Shown here piece after piece: positions 39,903 through 55,516 of a stretch of DNA of 64,000 nucleotides. Below the pieces are notes generated by a model. The model searched no databases, had not been told where the DNA came from, and worked only from the letters and a program-made list of their open reading frames with translations. The stretch comes from the human T2T-CHM13v2.0 reference genome, Homo sapiens: assembly GCF_009914755.1 (NCBI RefSeq), contig NC_060928.1; one strand, 5' to 3'. Position numbers and translations under genes: made by a program. The stretch's first letter is position 1, and the number at the start of each line of letters is the position of its first letter.

Positions 39903-42399
39903 CATATTGAAATATTGAAGCCATTATTTAAAAAAGCATGAGAACATCTAGTTTTCCTACCATGATAATAAATGATTACCCAAGGAAAGTACCATGTTAA
40001 CTTGAGACATGAAGTCATAATTTTTTTTTCTTGGGTTAAAGCATGATGGTTCATTCAGATCTTTTCCACAGTAAGTTCACCTATGAGATGGTATGGTATA
40101 ATTAATATGGAAAAACAATTATGGAAATAGAATGTTACTATTATCTAAAATACAGCATTACTATCACGGCCATAAAAATATCAAAGCCACAACCCAATAT
40201 ACTTCTTTATGTAATGAATTAAAATGAAAATATTTTCTTATGCAAGCTGATGCTCCTAAAATGCATACATGAGGATCACATTTAGTAAGCAGTAAGAGAC
40301 TGAGGATGAGGAATCCCAAAAAAGGTATTGTCATCTCTTTGTAATTCCCTTTTATGAAGGATTTTTGCAAAATCATGTCCATTGTTACTGACCATTTCTC
40401 ACCACTGCACACCACCATGATGTGTTCATTTCAAATGGTGACTATCTGCACTTACACATTTCTAAAGAGGATTTGCCATTCTAATTTCTTAACACTTCTG
40501 TGAAGGTTGTGTGGACACACTGTTCCATGTGTATTGTAAATAATCCAAGAAATATTTGAAAACAAAGTTTCCAATTAGTGATAAAAGATACTTTCCTTTT
40601 CTCTCTTTGGTATGATACTACTGATCCACTGTACCACCTAAATCATTCCCAGATTCCTCAACCAGCCAAAAGCTAGCATAGTGCTTTCTAAGTTAGGGTC
40701 AGGATTATCACCCTATTGACATTTCTGTATTTCTTACAATAGCTGCTCTCAAAGTGTTTTAGATTTTAGAGTGTCTCTTTATTTCCCTCTAAATGTAAGT
40801 TTGTTTTTAATATCCAAAGCATGATAAAATTCAAAAGCAACAAAACATTGTTGAAGAAGAATGGTTGGAATATAAAAGCAGAATTTTTTTCCATTTTTTC
40901 CAAAAATGACTGCTCAATAAATTTGAAAATTTCAGAAATTAGTGAAGAAACAGAAAAGCATAAAAACAAAACAGAGCTAGGAGTTTCCATTAGTTTTTGC
41001 TAAAAGGCAAACATTCATCAAATTATCTGTCTTTTAAATACTTTTGGAAGCAACATTATTACTACAATTGCCAATTTTTATTACTTACTTTGTGTTAATG
41101 TCTACAAATCATATCAGTGCAAAAGGAAGTAGGAAAAAAGCAGATAGAAGATCAGATTAAAATGAGGTCAAAATTCCTTACTGATACAGGTCATAGGTCA
41201 TGTACTCCAGACTGTATTTTTGTGTTACCTAGAACTTTCAAACAAGATTTTCAGAGTGCATATTAAGTGAAGAGGTGCTCTTCTCTAGATTAGCTAAGGG
41301 AGCTATGTGTGTTGCCAAAACACAATAAAACAATAAAAGTGTTATTTTTCACAACACGTTATGTTCCATGGTTAGAAATACTTTTTCAAGAGGGACAGGT
41401 AGGAAAATGACATCATACATAAATAATTGAGGCAAAAAAAGTAGTGCTTCTAAAACACAGTAGTATATATATTCAATGAGAAATAGATTTGAACTATGCA
41501 AATTCAACAGTGATCAACATTTAAAATATTATCTTCTGGCAATTTTCCAGAATTGAACAAATATATGAGGAATGATATTATGACAGCAAAGATATAAATT
41601 AATGACATCTTTTTCTTGTGTATTTGTAGACCAAAAAGTAATAGTTTTCTCTTTTCTGTACAAGTTTGAAAATAATTATGAACCTCTATTTTCACTTGTG
41701 TTTTATCACTTATTAAATGGATATAGATATAATGATTCTTCTGTGACCACTTCCGTTCTATATACCATATTAACTTTAGTGTGTGATGACTAGTAATGGT
41801 TAGTAGAGTGTTAACTTTAAGCAACTGGATAGTTTAACAAGTGAGATTCACAATCTACTCAAATTCTCAAATTCACTTCAATACCTAAATTATTCCAGAC
41901 CTAAATTATTTATTTCATTTGATGTGGTTTAATTAAAGATATGGAAACTTGAAGGAAGAAAACTCTGCTGATTTTGACTCTGAGGTCCTTATTACAACTC
42001 TTCCAAAGCTTGGTATTAAGTATCAATTATCAGCTGCCAAATGTCTCTAGATATAAGCACCAAAAAAAAAAAAATAAAGAAAAACCTATTAAATGCAATA
42101 TACACCTATATGTTTTAACACACACCCGTTAACAAAAACAAGCAAATGCTCTTCTCCCCTTCTAATCATGGACTCAGTGCTTTTTACTTTTATCAACAGC
42201 TGATAATGTCTGGGTGTAATTTTATTTTTCAAAAATTTAAAAGGAGGTGACTTCGGGAAATCTGTTCAAGAGTCACTGTTAAGCATTTCCCAGTTTTCCC
42301 AGTTGTGGGGCTCCTTCTCCCAAAGATCCCACTGCATCTCCACTATAGCCACACTACATCGTGCCATAATAGCATGCTCAAATATCTAAAAGGAAAGAT

Positions 42400-42634
42400 A
42401 ACAGTGGTTAAATCTGAGCACTCTAAAGATGGAGTATGTCTTCTAGCCTCTGCCACTTCTTAACTGTGTGACCATGGGCGACTTACTTAACTACTGTGTA
42501 CCTCAGTTCTTTTATCAGTAAAATGAAGACTAAAAAATGGGCCTATTCTTAAGGCTGTTGTAAAGACTAAATTTGTTAAGATATATAAAGCACTGAAAAT
42601 AGTGCCTGACATATAGCAAACTCTCAATAAAAAC
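42400..42634 (+). mobile_element. MIR
   Basis: ctctgccacttcttaactgtgtgaccatgggcgacttacttaac...cctcagtt...agtgcctgacatatag. Confidence 0.85.
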
Positions 42635-42644
42635 ACATATTGTT

Positions 42645-43043
<399 letters not shown>

Positions 43044-44959
43044 TCAATAATTTCTTACTTAGGAACAAGTGAATGGATGGATGAAGAATGAATGAGTACA
43101 CAATCACACAGACCTCCACTGGTGGTGGAGCCAGATGTCAAAAATGAGAAGACAGAATAAGTATGAATCTGAGGGAGAGAAAGAGGATTACCAAGGAGAA
43201 AAACAGTGGAAAGGAGAGAAGAAAATACGGAGAAAATAGATGAGAGTAGCACAGAAGAGGAAAAGGTAAGAAAGAAGAATCAAGAAAAATGGAAACTTTT
43301 GGCTAAAGGGAAATATTTTATTCAGTATTCCATTAGGAGTCTTACTTCCAGGCAACTACTTCACATTGGCTGCTGCCATCCGCTTACCAGAAAATTCTAA
43401 AAACAAGGCAATGCATCCCGGTTGTAAGTGACCATGATCAGATAGCATCGTCCTTCAACTATACCTAATACTAGCTTACAAAACACACATTAGTGATAAC
43501 GCTAATTATGTTTAAGGTCATGGATGTTTGGGCTGCCATTTATATTACAGCAAGAAGTCAATGCCAGAACACTGCAGAGCAATTTTTATTTGCAGGAAAT
43601 GGAATATGACAAGGCTTACAAGTCTGTCATATCCTCATGCTTATAGTGCCTACACAATAAAGGTATGTTATCAAGGTAGCAAGCAAAGCAATATAAAATA
43701 GCTTGAACATACAACTCATCAAAGAACTGTACAGAATGGAAAGTATTATTAGTTAATAATGTTTCTTTTTCTGAGACTATTTCACTTTTATAACAAATAA
43801 TACGAGTGCTAAAAATAACAAAAGTTAACTAAATGGTTTAATAAGAAACTATTAAATGTAACCTAAATATATAGAAGAATACATATAGACCTATATTTAT
43901 TATAATTTTAATATTTTATTCTCTATATAGAGGCTAATACTAGTATCAGGTGACAGGATTACATAGCTTCTAAAATAAACCATTCTAACATTTTAATATG
44001 CCAAAATAGAGGAACATAAGATTTCCATGAGCAAGAGTTAAAATGAATGAATGTATAATATTATGCCTGTATTTCACAAAGTAATTCGATAAACTGGAAC
44101 TCAGGTGGCATAAGTGTTTAGAGAATAATATAACATGTAATATATGTTATTATTATGAAGAAAATATTTTCTTTATTTTCTGAAAATTTAATTAAATATT
44201 CTTTCTAAATAACTTTTTTGATTTAAAATCATGCCCTAATCATGCATGTAAATCATGAGTAAAATCTAAATATACTGTTGTTGTAATGCTTTAGGTAGCA
44301 CCCACACTACTTACTCAATTAGGCAATCAATACAACCAACTTGAATTTGATATCATGCCTTATAAATCATTGAATCATAAACTTTAACAATAACAACATT
44401 TAGTTAATATAAAATTGAATTAAATTAGTGTCTGCATTAGTTCAAAATGAACTATAAATATATTACCTTATTTTGGTTTGGGAATATAATACTCTTTGGA
44501 TTCAATAAAATCATTGTTAAATTTATTAATTTTGCATGACATAAAAATTTAGAAGTAGAATTTATTAAATATTTATAAAAATTAAGGTTCGGCAGAATAA
44601 AGATAATTTTATCACTGACTTTATGCTATAGCGAAATACATTTAAAGTACATTAATTTAGAAATTATAATTATTCAGATATCAGTTATGTTGTAGCTGAC
44701 CTTTCTCCATATATTAAAGAATTAGGCAAATTAATCTAAATAAGATTACTCTGAGTATGTTTACCAACTTAAAATTTGTATAGCATATAAGAAGTGCATG
44801 TAAATATTAATAATTCAATCATTAAATTATGATCTTTTTATGGAAACATTTTATTTGCCTAATAGAAATTATGACTTTAAAGAAATAAAACTGCCTCCCT
44901 TCTAAAGAATACTGTTTTATGCAAACTTATATTGAAAACATTACATAGTTAGTGAATTT

Positions 44960-45330
44960 CTGTGGCAAGAAAAGAACTCTTGTGCATTGCTAGTGGAAGT
45001 TAAAATTGTCAAAAACTATATGGTAAGCAAAGTATATAAAAAATGGTCTTTAAAAACTTACATTCTTTGACTCAGTAATTTCACTTTAGGAATCTAACCT
45101 AATAAAATAGCTAGACTGAGATTTCAAATATTTACTATAGGATTTTTATAGTAGTCAAAAATATACTCAATTTGTATTTATTTCTGTGCAACAATCAGAG
45201 ACTAGTTGAATAAATTCAGATTCATCTATTTTACTCTATTCTACAGCCATTAAAATAAGGAAACTTTCTAAAGATGAAAAAAATGGTAACTAAAAATATG
45301 ATATGATTGTAATTATGCAAAGACTTTAAT
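44960..45330 (+). mobile_element. Old L1ME-like fragment
   Basis: gaactcttgtgcattgctagtggaag...ctttgactcagtaatttcactttaggaatcta...tacagccattaaaa. Confidence 0.55.
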
Positions 45331-48205
45331 AGACAATATACCAGCATGCTGCAGGTAATGGGATAGCACATGACTTCTCGCATTCTATGTTTTACCTTTT
45401 CTGCATATTCAAATATTTGCTATCTTAAAAGGTAACATTAGTTTTCAAAGAGTGAATTCATTCAGCAAACATGCAATCATTTTTAAACATCTATATTTAT
45501 GTTTTTAAAAGTCAGCCCAAGAACTTACTAACTACTCACTTTCTGGAATCACCACCAACTTCCAGCTATGCCAAAGCTTTTCAGCACTGAATGTGCCCAT
45601 AAGTTAACTCTTTTACTCATCTTTGGGCTGTATTTTACAATTACTATCTTGGTGTACCCACTGTAATGCAGTTTGACTCAAGAGCACATTTATATGGTAG
45701 AAAATTTATTAATAAATTTTATAATCCACCATCAGCATTTTCTTCTTATCATACAAAATTATAAAAGTTTCAATAAAATGCCTGTTAAAGCATTTGGCAA
45801 GGTCACAACTGGCTATCTAATTGTTAAAAATGTGTTTGTGTGTATGTCTATAAGTGCATGTCAGCACACATGTACAACCTACCTCATGTCCTGTGCATGC
45901 TGGAGTTCATTACATTGAAATAAATATAAGAGAGGCTCTTTAATTTTCATACCACATCAAACTTTTAACCACATACCCAATATCTAGGGCATATAATTTC
46001 TCTATGCAATTAACAATATAGAATATTTATACCTCAGGTATTTACCTGTAATAATGTTAGAATCCTTTCTCTCCCTATCAGTTTGCAAAACTACTCCCAG
46101 TTGACTCTAAGTGGAATGCTAGCCATTTATTTCTCTAGGTCAATGGTTTTTTCATAGTGTAAACCACGAAGTCCTGTGGCTTTTCTGCAAGGTGACTCAG
46201 AGGTCACTGTGGCTGGGGTAGTGCATGAGAAGGGAACAAGCAGGCACAACTGCAGGCCTCTCAAACCTAATGCTCCACTCTTATCTATCTTTTAAAATTG
46301 CAATTCAGTATAAGATTTTGTCTGTGCTAAAAATGTAGTTTGATAACTAATAGTCCAGATATTTTCATGCCTGTGTCAAGTCAGATCACTAGTAAACTAT
46401 CTGTATATATAGACTTGATTTCTTTTCTTTAGATCTTCTCGTCGATCTACATAAACAATATAGCATTCTCTCTTTTTTTTTGGTTATATGAAGAGCCCTG
46501 TGAATTTTGGTCATATGAGGAGAATTATCATTTTGGAAAATTGCTATTAAGGATACTGATATTAAGGGACCAATTCTCCTTGGTGTTCAGAGCTAGGAAA
46601 AAGTTTGTCAATACTGGTAAGCTCATGTTTCCCTTTTATTATATAATGGCAACTATACAACTTAACGTCTTTCTCTTTATGTCTTGGCTTTTAGGAAGCT
46701 CAGATTTATAAGATGTCCTAAAAGCAATTGCTAGCCTCAGTGTACATTTTCTGTTATAACCATATCTTGACTTCGGCTTATTATTATTTCCCAATTTTTG
46801 TTCTTCTGAGGTTTGACTATTTTTTTTCTCAATACTTCTTTAGAAGTAGACTAGGTATAAGCAAATGTAAACTAATAAAGGTTTCTTTCTTGATTCTTAA
46901 CTTTCTCAGTCACGGAGAATATCTGAACCCCTCTTAACCTCTACAATCCTCCAATAAAGAATTGCCTAAACCTGTACCTTATGCAAAAAGACCATATGCT
47001 TTCTGTGTTGCTTTTTCTTATTCTCTTAGGGCTTAATGAGGTACTCTGTAGATACCTCATGATGTCAAATTATCATTAATTTGAACTTAACCTGAACTAA
47101 GTTGAAAAATTAATATGAACTTGAAGTTTATACATGCAAGCATGGTGAAACCATACTATTCTTCACATAATCCCAAAGTTCTTCTATGATAACAAATCTG
47201 TCTGAAGACTGAAAACTTCATTTTCTTTGCCTGCTAGGCAAAAGTAAGCACAATATAATTCTTTACAAATTGGAATGTATTAACAGTTTCAATTCATCAC
47301 AAAGAGCACAGCTCTGTGTGGAAACTTTATTCTATTACACACTTTTCTTCTGTATAAGAAGATACAGAATGTACCAAGGATATGACAGAAACAAAAGTCT
47401 GGTCATAATAAAGGCTAAACTCACAATCGGAATCTTTAACTTCACTCAAATAATTTTCAGGCAATGATTAGTATATCTTAGAGTGGGAAGCTTATTGACA
47501 TTTTCCCAGAAATTGTTGCTAGCAAAACCTTCTCATGAGCCTCATAATAAGTAAGAAGGGAATGGAGATGCCCTGAAGAAAAATGTCTGATATTACATTA
47601 CTACTCTGCAGTTAAATAAACCAAGAGGTGAAAATATGACAACAGTAGGAACTGACATATTTGCTGTTGCCTAGGTATAGAGACCCCAACTCCACTGCAA
47701 TATTTAAAACTGACTTCACTGTCTCATTTTCACCATGGCCGGTAATAGCAGCATTAACCAGAGCAAGTGTCATGTCTCCCATCTCTTGAGCATTAAAATT
47801 CCACTGGCATTAACGCTTGTGAGCTCCTTTACTAGCTATCTGCACAGGATGTATTTCACTGCTATAACTGTTATAGTATTATGCTCACCTCATAAATATC
47901 CATTGACAAGCTGAAGCAAACAACTGCACTTTAGTTTAGACTTTTCAAACACAGTTAGCTGATTTATTTATAAATCACTTCTAAAAAAAGGTTACTAAAC
48001 CTTCATGTTGTGTACGACAGTAAAGAGTGTTTCAAATTTAAAATTGTATACAAAGCATCCACACGCATAGACACAGAGACAAATCAAGAGGTCCAGGAAA
48101 TCACTGATATAAGGAGAGACTTGAGAACACAATAGCCATTTTGAGTAGAGATTTTCTGTAGCAAATGGAGATACAGAACTGAAGAAAAGGCATGTAGTAT
48201 CACAT

Positions 48206-48236
48206 CTTTCTCTCTCTGTCTCTGTCTCTGTCTCTG

Positions 48237-48294
<58 letters not shown>

Positions 48295-48296
48295 CA
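48206..48296. repeat. (TCTCTG)n-(TC)n-(TA)n compound microsatellite
   Basis: Directly visible; explains the ERERE/ETETE ORF. Confidence 0.95.
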
Positions 48297-48989
48297 TAAA
48301 GAATCTGTGCTATCTTTTGCTCTAAATAAAACTGCAAAATTTTGAGCTGAAATATAAATTCCACATACTCTTTTCTAATGGAAGCTCAACCTATAAATGT
48401 CCAATTTTACAGTAGAGACCACGCACCATATGGATATTCAGTAGATGTCATGAAGAGAAGTTCTGAGTTTGGCTGAAAAATTTACCTTTAAATGTTTTTT
48501 GTTCAGTATCTTTAATCTGTCATGGCACCTGCAAAATTTCAGTGACTCTATACATATGGTTAATATTTATTTTGCAAATACCCATTTTTAAATATTTGTT
48601 GAAATTCAGGCATACAGTTGGCAGTTAATGGTACACCTAAACCACACCTCATAAGATGAAATAGATGCTTCTAAATTATTAATTCCAAGTAAGATACATA
48701 TCTAGATGTAGATATAGATATCTATAAAAATCTTTGTTGGAAATACCTTCTTTTGTGCTTCCTAATAAGTCAAAATGGGAGGTAGATGCCCCAAAGGTAT
48801 TAATAAATAGATATAGATATAATCAGGACAGAATTCTATATACCTTTTTAGTTGCTTAACATTTATTTTGTGAGGCACATAGTAGATAATGTAGAAATTG
48901 TTTTCTGCTTTCTAATCTCAATTAGAATACAGATCATTTCATAGATCTTAAATCAATAGTAAAAAAATTTCTCATAATATGACCTTAAA

Positions 48990-49480
48990 GCAATAAAAAA
49001 ACAGAAAGCAATTTATGAATATTGTAGCATTACTGGTGTTAACAAGAAATTGAAAATGATCCAAATGTCCACCAGGAAGAGAAAAGTCGAATAAATTAAG
49101 ATACAGATAGAAAATGGAATGCTATAAATAATATACATCTGTTAGAAAGAATGAGGAAAATTTCTATACACCATTGTGGAGTGATGAACAGGATTTATGA
49201 AGGGGGTTAAAATGAAGGAGCATATAGTATACACACTATAGCATCTTTTATATTACAAAAAAGAAAGATACACTGGCATTAACATATGCTTAATTTTTAA
49301 AGGGAAAGAAAAAAATAATTCGTTTGAAAATAAAATTGGTTAGCAACAGGTGAGAGGTACAGAGTAGACTGAATAAGAATGTAAATGAGATAAATTTCAA
49401 TATATCTTGTTATATGCTATTAAATACAAACATGTAAATGTTTGACTTTTGAAAAACAGTTACACAATAAAAAGAAATCC
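48990..49480 (+). mobile_element. Old L1M 3' fragment
   Basis: gtagcattactgg...ccaaatgtccacc...aatggaatgctat...aaagaatgagg. Confidence 0.5.
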
Positions 49481-50099
49481 CAACAAATTAAAATAAACTT
49501 CACTAAGTGCAAGGCGGAGGCCTGCCAAAAGCATAGAACATGGCAGGAAAGCTGGTGTGGAGAGGTCCTACCACAGTATCTGAGGCTTTCTTTGAGAGCC
49601 AAGAAGTAGTCAACTGAAGGCTGGGAGAAAGGCAAGAGGGTAGAGAAATATTTCCTCCTCCAAAGGCACATGGAGCCTTCTCAAAGGGAATAGAAGCAGC
49701 CCACTGAAGGTTTGGGACATGGCAAGAGGAAAGAAAAAAAAATAGCCCTGAGGGACCCAGAGCCTTCCCCAACCACAAGGTGGCAGCCTGCTGAAACCTG
49801 GAAGCAGAACTGAGAAGTATCCCACCAAAACTCATGGGGCCCTCTCAGATTGCAAGTCATTGGCCAGTCCAAGTCTGCAGGCAGAAAATCAGTTTGAAAG
49901 TGGGTCTCCCAAGGTACAGAAAGTTTGGCCAGTTAAGGGGACTGTGGCAGTTAGAGACAAAAGAGACCTCCGCTGCAACTTTACAAGCTTGCTGATGAAC
50001 TGTAATGGAAAAAGCAAGAGAGATAGAGATAACTCTCTACTGAAGGCAAATCCTTAATCCTATCCTCAAATTCATGAAAGCTACTAGTGAACTAAAAAT

Positions 50100-51600
50100 A
50101 AGTAAGAGTAAAACTTAACTACAGATTAGCAACAGGACAAAGGAAGTGGTATGTGCTTTTCTAAGGGTAAACGTTACCAGACGAGTCTCTTTTTTAATTC
50201 CCAATATCTAGTATAAAATTACAAATTATGGTACACACAAAGAAGCATAAAAGTATGACTCATAATCAATGAAAACACAGATAATATAGGCAAATCTACA
50301 GGTGGTTTAGATGTTGCAGTTAATAGACATGGACTTCAAATAGCTATGATAAAAATAATAAAAGATCTGGCAAAAAAGGCAGGTAACATGCATAAAGATA
50401 CTGGGAACATCAGAAGAGATGGAAACTATAAATAAGAAACTGTAATAATAGGATACCAAAACTAAAGAGAAAATATACAATATCCGAAATAAAAAATGTA
50501 TTTGATTGGTGTTAAAGTAGAACGGACACAGCAGAAGAAACACTCACTGAATTTGAAGGTAGGAGAATAGATATTGTTCAAATTAAAAAATAAAGAAGAA
50601 AATAACTAAGGAGAATCTGAGCCCTATGAGACAATATCCAATGGTTTGTCATATAAGTAATAAGTGTCCCATAAGGAGAGGACAAAAAATGGGGCTAAAA
50701 AACTACTTGAAAAATAAATGCTCAGAACTTCCTAGAATTGATAGAAGACACAAACTTACAGATCAAAGAAACTCAGTTAACCATGAGAAGGATAAATACA
50801 TAGAAACCCAGGGAATATAGAGTTAAACTTCTGAAAACCAAGAATGTCATGAAAGCATAACTCTTTCCCCTTACCCTGCCCCACAATGAGATATAAAGAG
50901 GGAATGGTGATAAGCACGACAGTTGACTTTTTATTAAAAAACAATGAAGGACACGAGGCTATGGAACACTCTAAAATAGTAAATGGGGAAAAATATCAAT
51001 TAAGATGTCTCCATTCAGAGAAAATACCCTTTAAAACTAAAGACATTCTCAGACAAACAAAATATGAGATCATTTATCCACAATAGCTTTTAACAAGTGC
51101 GAAAAGTTCTTGAGACAGAAGAAAAAAGACACTGGGGATGGAAGCTCAGGTTTGCAGGAAGAAATAGAGAAACAGAATAGTAAATATGTGACTAAATACA
51201 CAAGTAATATAAATAAAGAAAATAAATTTTTATGACACTATTACTTAAAGGAATAAATAATAACATATTGAATTCATAACATATGTAGTAGTAGAATACA
51301 TGACAAGAGCATAAGGAACAGAAAGAAAAAAATGGAAATTATACCACTGCAATGTTCGCATATTGTTCTTGAACTACTTTAATATTATTTGATGTTATAC
51401 TGAAAGTTAAAGTATATTGTTATTTCCTGAGCAAGCAATGAAAAACAAGATAGAGAAATGGCTAAAAAGATAACAGAGGAGATAGAACATAGAAGAAAAA
51501 AATTGTTAATCTAAAAGAGGAAGAAAGGAACAGAAGAAAAAAGAATGGATATGGCAAATAGAAATCAAATACAGTAAACTTAAGAACTGGAACAAATAAA
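50100..51600 (+). mobile_element. Old L1M ORF1-region fragment
   Basis: gatgttgcagttaatagacatggacttcaaatagctat; aaacttacagatcaaagaaactcag; gttaaacttctgaaaaccaag: ORF1-like L1 homology. Confidence 0.7.
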
Positions 51601-51772
51601 CTGGACACAAGACCACATACAGAAAATAAATATTTCAAGTGACTTAACGCAGTATTTTGCCTGTATAGCAACATTAGAATATGAACGAAGGATAAATGGA
51701 GAAGCAAAGAAATGTTTCACTTAATTCACCAGTCTTAATTTTACTATTTGTTATTAATTCATAGTTATATAA

Positions 51773-52275
51773 TGTGATGGTTAATACTGAATGTCAACTT
51801 GATTGGATTGAAGGATGCAAAGTATTGTTCCAGGGTGTGTCTTCAAAGGTGTTGCCAAAGGAGATTAACATTTGAGTCAGTGGACTTGGAAAGACAGACC
51901 TACTCTCAATCTGGGTTGTCACCATCTAATCAGCTACCAGCATGGTCAGAGGTAGAAGGACATGGAAAGACTAGTCTGGCTTAGTCTTCTGGCCTATATC
52001 TTTCTCCCATGCTGGATACTTCCTGCCCTCGAACATCAGACTCTGAGTTCTTCAGCTTTTGGACTCTTGGACCTTTGACCACAGACTAAGGCTGCACTGT
52101 CAGCTTCCCCACTTTTGAGGTTTTGGGACTTGGGCTGGCTTCTTCGCTCCTCAGTTTGCAGATGGCCTATTGTGGGACCTCACCTTGTGATCGTGTGAGT
52201 CAATACTCCTTAATAAACTCCCTTTTATATATACATCTATCCTATTAGTTCTGTCCCTCTAGAGAATCCTAATAC

Positions 52276-52276
<1 letters not shown>
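51773..52276 (+). mobile_element. MLT2A-type ERVL solo LTR
   Basis: tgtgatggttaatactgaatgtcaacttgattggattgaagg...ctattagttctgtccctctagagaatcctaataca. Confidence 0.93.

Positions 52277-52281
<5 letters not shown>

Positions 52282-52323
<42 letters not shown>
52282..52323. repeat. (TA)~21 microsatellite
   Basis: Perfect TA run adjacent to the LTR. Confidence 0.97.
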
Positions 52324-52329
<6 letters not shown>

Positions 52330-52865
52330 GATAGGGCAGACAAGTAATTACATTAATATTGTTAAGACTAAGATTTTTCATGTTGGAGAAAACAGATGTA
52401 AATATAAATTCAAAAATATTCAGTAAAATCCTTTAATGCTAAGTGGGAATTATAAATATACTATTAACTCACCATTTTTTTCCCAAAACTACTGAATTTC
52501 CTAGCTCTGCCTGCTGGAAAGGCCTAAAAGCAATGACAGTAAAAATTAGCACCCCTAGTACTCAAAATGTTTTCTCTAAATACCATTATCTACTAAAAAC
52601 AAATCTAGGACTCCTTAGAGTTGAATCATTGATTCCAGTTTTGGAACAGAAAATGCAAACGATGTGTCTGGGACATATTATGCCAAAATGAAAGAAATTA
52701 ATCAAAGACGAATGGCTTCTTGTCAAAAATATACAGCAATCAATATGATGGATCAGGCTTTTACTACCTGCCTCCTCTGATCAATCTTGGTATCATTAAA
52801 CATGTAACATCTTATGTGATGCAATGTAAAGTACATAGCACCACCTATGAATAATCTATGCCAAA
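52330..52865 (+). mobile_element. Probable L1MC/ME 3'-region fragment
   Basis: tttctctaaataccatt...ctaggactccttagag...aaagtacatagcaccacctatgaa resembles old L1 3' UTRs. Confidence 0.5.
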
Positions 52866-55369
52866 ATTAAAAGGCAAATCTGAATCAGAGTAAGAGGGCA
52901 CAGAATATCAGTATATACGTGTGTTGGGGATGAGTGCTGGAGAAGTTGCAATTTTATAAAAAGTATATAGGTAGTAGAGAAACCAGCAAGGGCAAAGGCT
53001 GTGGGGAAAACATCTTTGTCATATCTGTGGAAAAGGCAGACAGATAATGTGGCAGGAACACAGTGAGCAATGCAGAAAGTAGAAGATGTGGTCAAACAGA
53101 AGGCAGAGATCTTACTATACAAAGCCTGGTAGCAGTCACCTATAAATCTTTTTCTAAAGCACATTACTAATTATACAAAATTAACATCTGGATCCATTCT
53201 CATCTCTTTTACTGCAGATGGAGTTAAGATAAGTGACTTATATTTCAAATTCTTAAGATTCACATGTACAACACAAAACAAGCAAAAAATACCCATCAGA
53301 CAATATCAGACTAAAGAATCCAAACTACAATCTTCATGTCAAATAATGGCTAATTGCAAACAAAATCTATATTTGAATCATGCATTTAGAAAAAAATCCA
53401 AATGAAAGGCATATTACATCACTATCAGGTGGGAAACAGTATAAATTAGTTTGCTTAGAGTGGAAGAATGCTAGCATGAAAATAGTAATTTTTTGCTACA
53501 GTATTTCTAGACTTAAAATTTTTTAACCTCACTTGTTAACACCACATAGCAAAAAGTTTACATGCAATTCATGTATTTCTTCTTAGAAAATTAGGCATTA
53601 AGAAAATTCATTTGCCTTATCAAGTTGCTTTTGGCACATTTAAAGAGAAATTCTGAATGTTTATATATCAACATTGAAAAACATTTATTGAGATTTTCCT
53701 AATGTATATGGCTCTAGTGATACATTGATTTATTCCTAGTTAAGTTAGGTTTCTAAGAATTAAATCCTCACTTTTAGGACTCTAAAGCAATGTATACTGT
53801 CCTAGTCAAAAAATTAATAACTAAAAGCCTCCACTGGATTCATATAGATTTTCATTAGCTGTCTCTACTTAAAAATGTCCATAGCTCTTTGGGTCATTTT
53901 GCCAAACAGCTAAATTCCTATACAATTTGAGACTAACTGATTTAGCACAAATATTATAAAACTTCACTTTAAGTTTCTGAATTGATGTTTTATGGATAAG
54001 ACTTTGTAGAAATGTATAGTTTTTGAAGCTTTATTTTGAAGGGCAATTATGGATTACTTTCTGAAAGCTTACGAATAAAAATTTTTTATGAAAAATATGC
54101 CTAAATCTTTAACTGGAAACTTAGTTACTGTGATGTTGTGTTTTTGTTTGTTTGTTGGTTGGTTGGTTGGTTTGTTTTTCACCACAGCAAGTGTTTAGTG
54201 AACACATTGCACATATTTAGTTCTAATGGAAGAGGTGTGTATATATATTCAATTTTTGGACAATCGATTTATGCCTTAGGTATTTTTATTATATTTGAGA
54301 AAAACAATTTTAAACAATCACTGAGGTCATTTATTACATCTAGTAATAAGATGTAATAAATCCCAAATCACTATTTAATTTTGAATATTTATTACAGATG
54401 TATGATATAAAATGATGTATATGTTTTAATAACATATACGGATTAAAACTCTGCACACTATACTTCCACATTCTAAACTGCTAGAGCAGCAGACAAATGA
54501 CTTTTCTTGCTAAACTTATACCATGGAGAGCAAAACCTCTAGCAAACTTGAAATTCTATAGGCTAAAATTAGGCTGATAACAGCATGAAATCCCTACTTC
54601 TATGTGCAGATGCAAGTCTAAACAAGCCTTTCATTCATAGCCACAGGGATTTATACTGTAAACATAGATGCCACTGTGACCCAGATGTGATTTCACTGAT
54701 CAATGAATATACAATGGCATTTAATGGTGATTCCTTGCTCACAGTTTGTAAAGAAACTAAACACACATCAATTTTGTCCTTAATGAATGCAGGCACTCCT
54801 AGTCTAAACAACTTATGTTAACTAACATGAGTAAGTCTTTAAAAAAGTTATGGAAATATTAAACCATCTCTAGAGATATAATTAATCCCTAAAATGAAAA
54901 ATGTAACCTTTCAAAGGTTAAACATTTAACACATACAAGCATATAGATACATTCAAATAAGTAGAGACATAATTATGATAGTGTTTCAAAATACTAATTG
55001 ACTAAAAACTAATATGTATTAAGTTAGCTTTATGTAAAAATAACAGTTTGCTTCTTGATCCAGAGAACTAAAGAATGCTGAAGACATACATGTAATAACT
55101 CAACATAAATCCAAGAACATGAAACTGAAATTTAGGTCTACCTACAAGTCAAATATTGGGTCCAGAGCTCGTGTAGATACATAGATAACACAGATATATA
55201 GAGACAGAGATACAAATACAAGGTTAGCTGCAAAAAATTATATTCTAAGCCAAAATGGCTTTCTAAAACAAAAAGAATATAATTAATGTATTATCTTAGA
55301 TAAATCAAATAATATAATTAGACTTTGGATAACAGCAAAGTTGATTCAGTGTTTACACTTCTAATATTT

Positions 55370-55516
55370 TTTAGCAAACAAATCTAATTTGTTTAACATC
55401 CATCTTCTTTCCTAGACTGTAAGCTCCATGTTTCTTTTTCACTATCATTTAACAAGTGCTTAAAACAGTGCTCATCCTATAGGATGAGTGCTTAAAAATA
55501 TTAGCTGAATGAATGA
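55370..55516 (+). mobile_element. L2 3' end
   Basis: cctagactgtaagctccatg...aacagtgctc...aatattagctgaatgaatga. Confidence 0.75.

Noticed and set aside
39884-40054. N-terminal extension of the ORF ending in GRCINFSRVPSQ
   Set aside because: Intronic open frame upstream of the splice acceptor; only 39845-39883 is coding.
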